Assembly (NCBI GenBank): GCA_041486305.1
Contig: JBGPLG010000001.1
Span: 5,544-69,543, forward strand
DNA length: 64,000 bases
Direction of reading: 5' to 3'
Source of the DNA: Gemmatimonadota bacterium
Lineage (GTDB): Bacteria; Gemmatimonadota; Gemmatimonadetes; Gemmatimonadales; GWC2-71-9
In this document: in pieces, positions 63,297 through 64,000 of the stretch
Position numbering within the stretch: the first letter of the stretch is position 1
How the letters are laid out: the number at the start of each line of letters is the position of its first letter
Program-made: the position numbers and the translations under genes
The notes under the pieces: generated by a model
Told to the model about the DNA's origin: nothing
The model's input: the letters and a program-made list of their open reading frames with translations, nothing else
Databases searched by the model: none

Positions 63297-63637
63297 CGGC
63301 AGGCGAGCGGCTGCCGCGGGCCGGCCGGCTCACTCGCAGTTCGGAGCTTCGCCGGGTGCAGGATACCGGGAAACGGCGGCGGTCAGCGCACCTCGACGTA
63401 CTATGGGCAGACAATCAGGCGGGCCACCCGAGGGTGGGACTGATCGTTCCGAAATATCAGTCCAGCGCGGTGGCCCGCAATCGTTTGCGGCGCCGACTCC
63501 GGGAAATCTGGCGCCGGGAGCTCAAGCAAGACTTGCCTTCGTGGGACGTGGTCATTCGGGCCCGGCGGGAAGCGTATGGCGCCGCGTTCGCCGCGCTTTC
63601 GAGCGAGCTGCTGGCCTGGCGAATGGGGGCGGGGTGA
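63293..63637 (+). CDS. rnpA: ribonuclease P protein component
   Basis: [20 protein letters not shown]...[27 protein letters not shown]. No ATG, GTG or TTG lies upstream of the conserved N-terminal motif, so the 5' end is uncertain (CTG at 63293 or 63311). Confidence 0.8.
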   Translation: MTAGERLPRAGRLTRSSELRRVQDTGKRRRSAHLDVLWADNQAGHPRVGLIVPKYQSSAVARNRLRRRLREIWRRELKQDLPSWDVVIRARREAYGAAFAALSSELLAWRMGAG

Positions 63638-63677
63638 CCGGGTGCAGCCCATTACTCGATGGCCTCGTCGGGCAGCC

Positions 63678-63872
63678 ATGGGCCTGATTCGGGGCTACCA
63701 GCGTTTCATCTCGCCGGCGCTTCCGCCAAGCTGCCGTTTCACCCCGAGCTGCTCGCAGTACACTCTGGAAGCCATCGGACGCTACGGTGTGCTTCGCGGT
63801 GGATGGCTGGGCGCCCGCCGGATCGTGCGCTGCCATCCCTTCAACCCGGGCGGGTTCGACCCCGTGCCGTAA
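63678..63872 (+). CDS. yidD: membrane protein insertion efficiency factor YidD
   Basis: [28 protein letters not shown]...[21 protein letters not shown]. An alternative GTG start lies at 63642. Confidence 0.85.
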   Translation: MGLIRGYQRFISPALPPSCRFTPSCSQYTLEAIGRYGVLRGGWLGARRIVRCHPFNPGGFDPVP

Positions 63873-63894
63873 TCTCCCGGATACCCCCTTCGAT

Positions 63895-64000
63895 ATGGAT
63901 CGTCGCGTTCTCCTGGCCGTCGTGCTGATGATGGCGGTCGCCATTCTGCCTTCGATGTTCCTCAAGTCGAAGAAGCCGCCCATTGTCCAGACCAGCGGGC
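63895..64000 (+). CDS. yidC: membrane protein insertase YidC, N-terminal fragment (continues off-window)
   Basis: MDRRVLLAVVLMMAVAILPSMFLKSKKPP is a signal-anchor typical of YidC. The call also rests on the conserved position after rnpA-yidD. Confidence 0.75.
   Translation, partial: MDRRVLLAVVLMMAVAILPSMFLKSKKPPIVQTSG

Overview
The window is a very GC-rich (roughly 68-70% by eye), densely coding segment of a bacterial chromosome that spans the replication-origin neighbourhood. At the right end, dnaN and dnaA lie on the minus strand and diverge from rpmH-rnpA-yidD-yidC on the plus strand. DnaA-box-like 9-mers and an AT-rich patch sit in the dnaA-dnaN spacer. About 42 kb to the left lies a parA-parB operon that continues, by overlapping stop/start codons, into an M23 peptidase gene and a bactofilin gene. 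Two parS sites sit just upstream of it, followed by mnmG. Other content: a complete sufBCDSU operon extended by a bacilliredoxin-family gene and a small unknown gene; polA, def, rnd, pyrE, mtgA; a 7Fe ferredoxin; a 1-Cys peroxiredoxin; RNase P RNA (rnpB); a BMP-family ABC importer; two ABC-2 exporter operons (one with a DesK/NarL-type two-component system, one with a small XRE regulator); an MMPL transporter; a patatin-Omp85 (type Vd-like) protein; two Ser/Thr kinases; and an ECF sigma cluster with two secreted HEAT-repeat proteins. The gene repertoire (GWxTD, HEAT-repeat and TPR-kinase proteins) suggests a Gemmatimonadota-like lineage, but that is a low-confidence inference. I found no rRNA, tRNA, CRISPR array or mobile element. 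The most notable items are: (1) the coupled parA-parB-M23-bactofilin operon; (2) the ECF sigma/anti-sigma/HEAT/HEAT module; (3) a PrsW-YpfJ double-protease fusion; (4) tandem paralogous secreted proteins coupled to mtgA; (5) terminator-position hairpins whose arms are short tandem repeats; (6) a recurring AT-rich GTAGTTGTAWTWACAACA motif, one copy written into the pyrE 3' end with atypical codons; (7) widespread leaderless-type promoter geometry. Motif coordinates were read by eye and may be off by 1 nt. CDS coordinates are anchored on the supplied ORF track.
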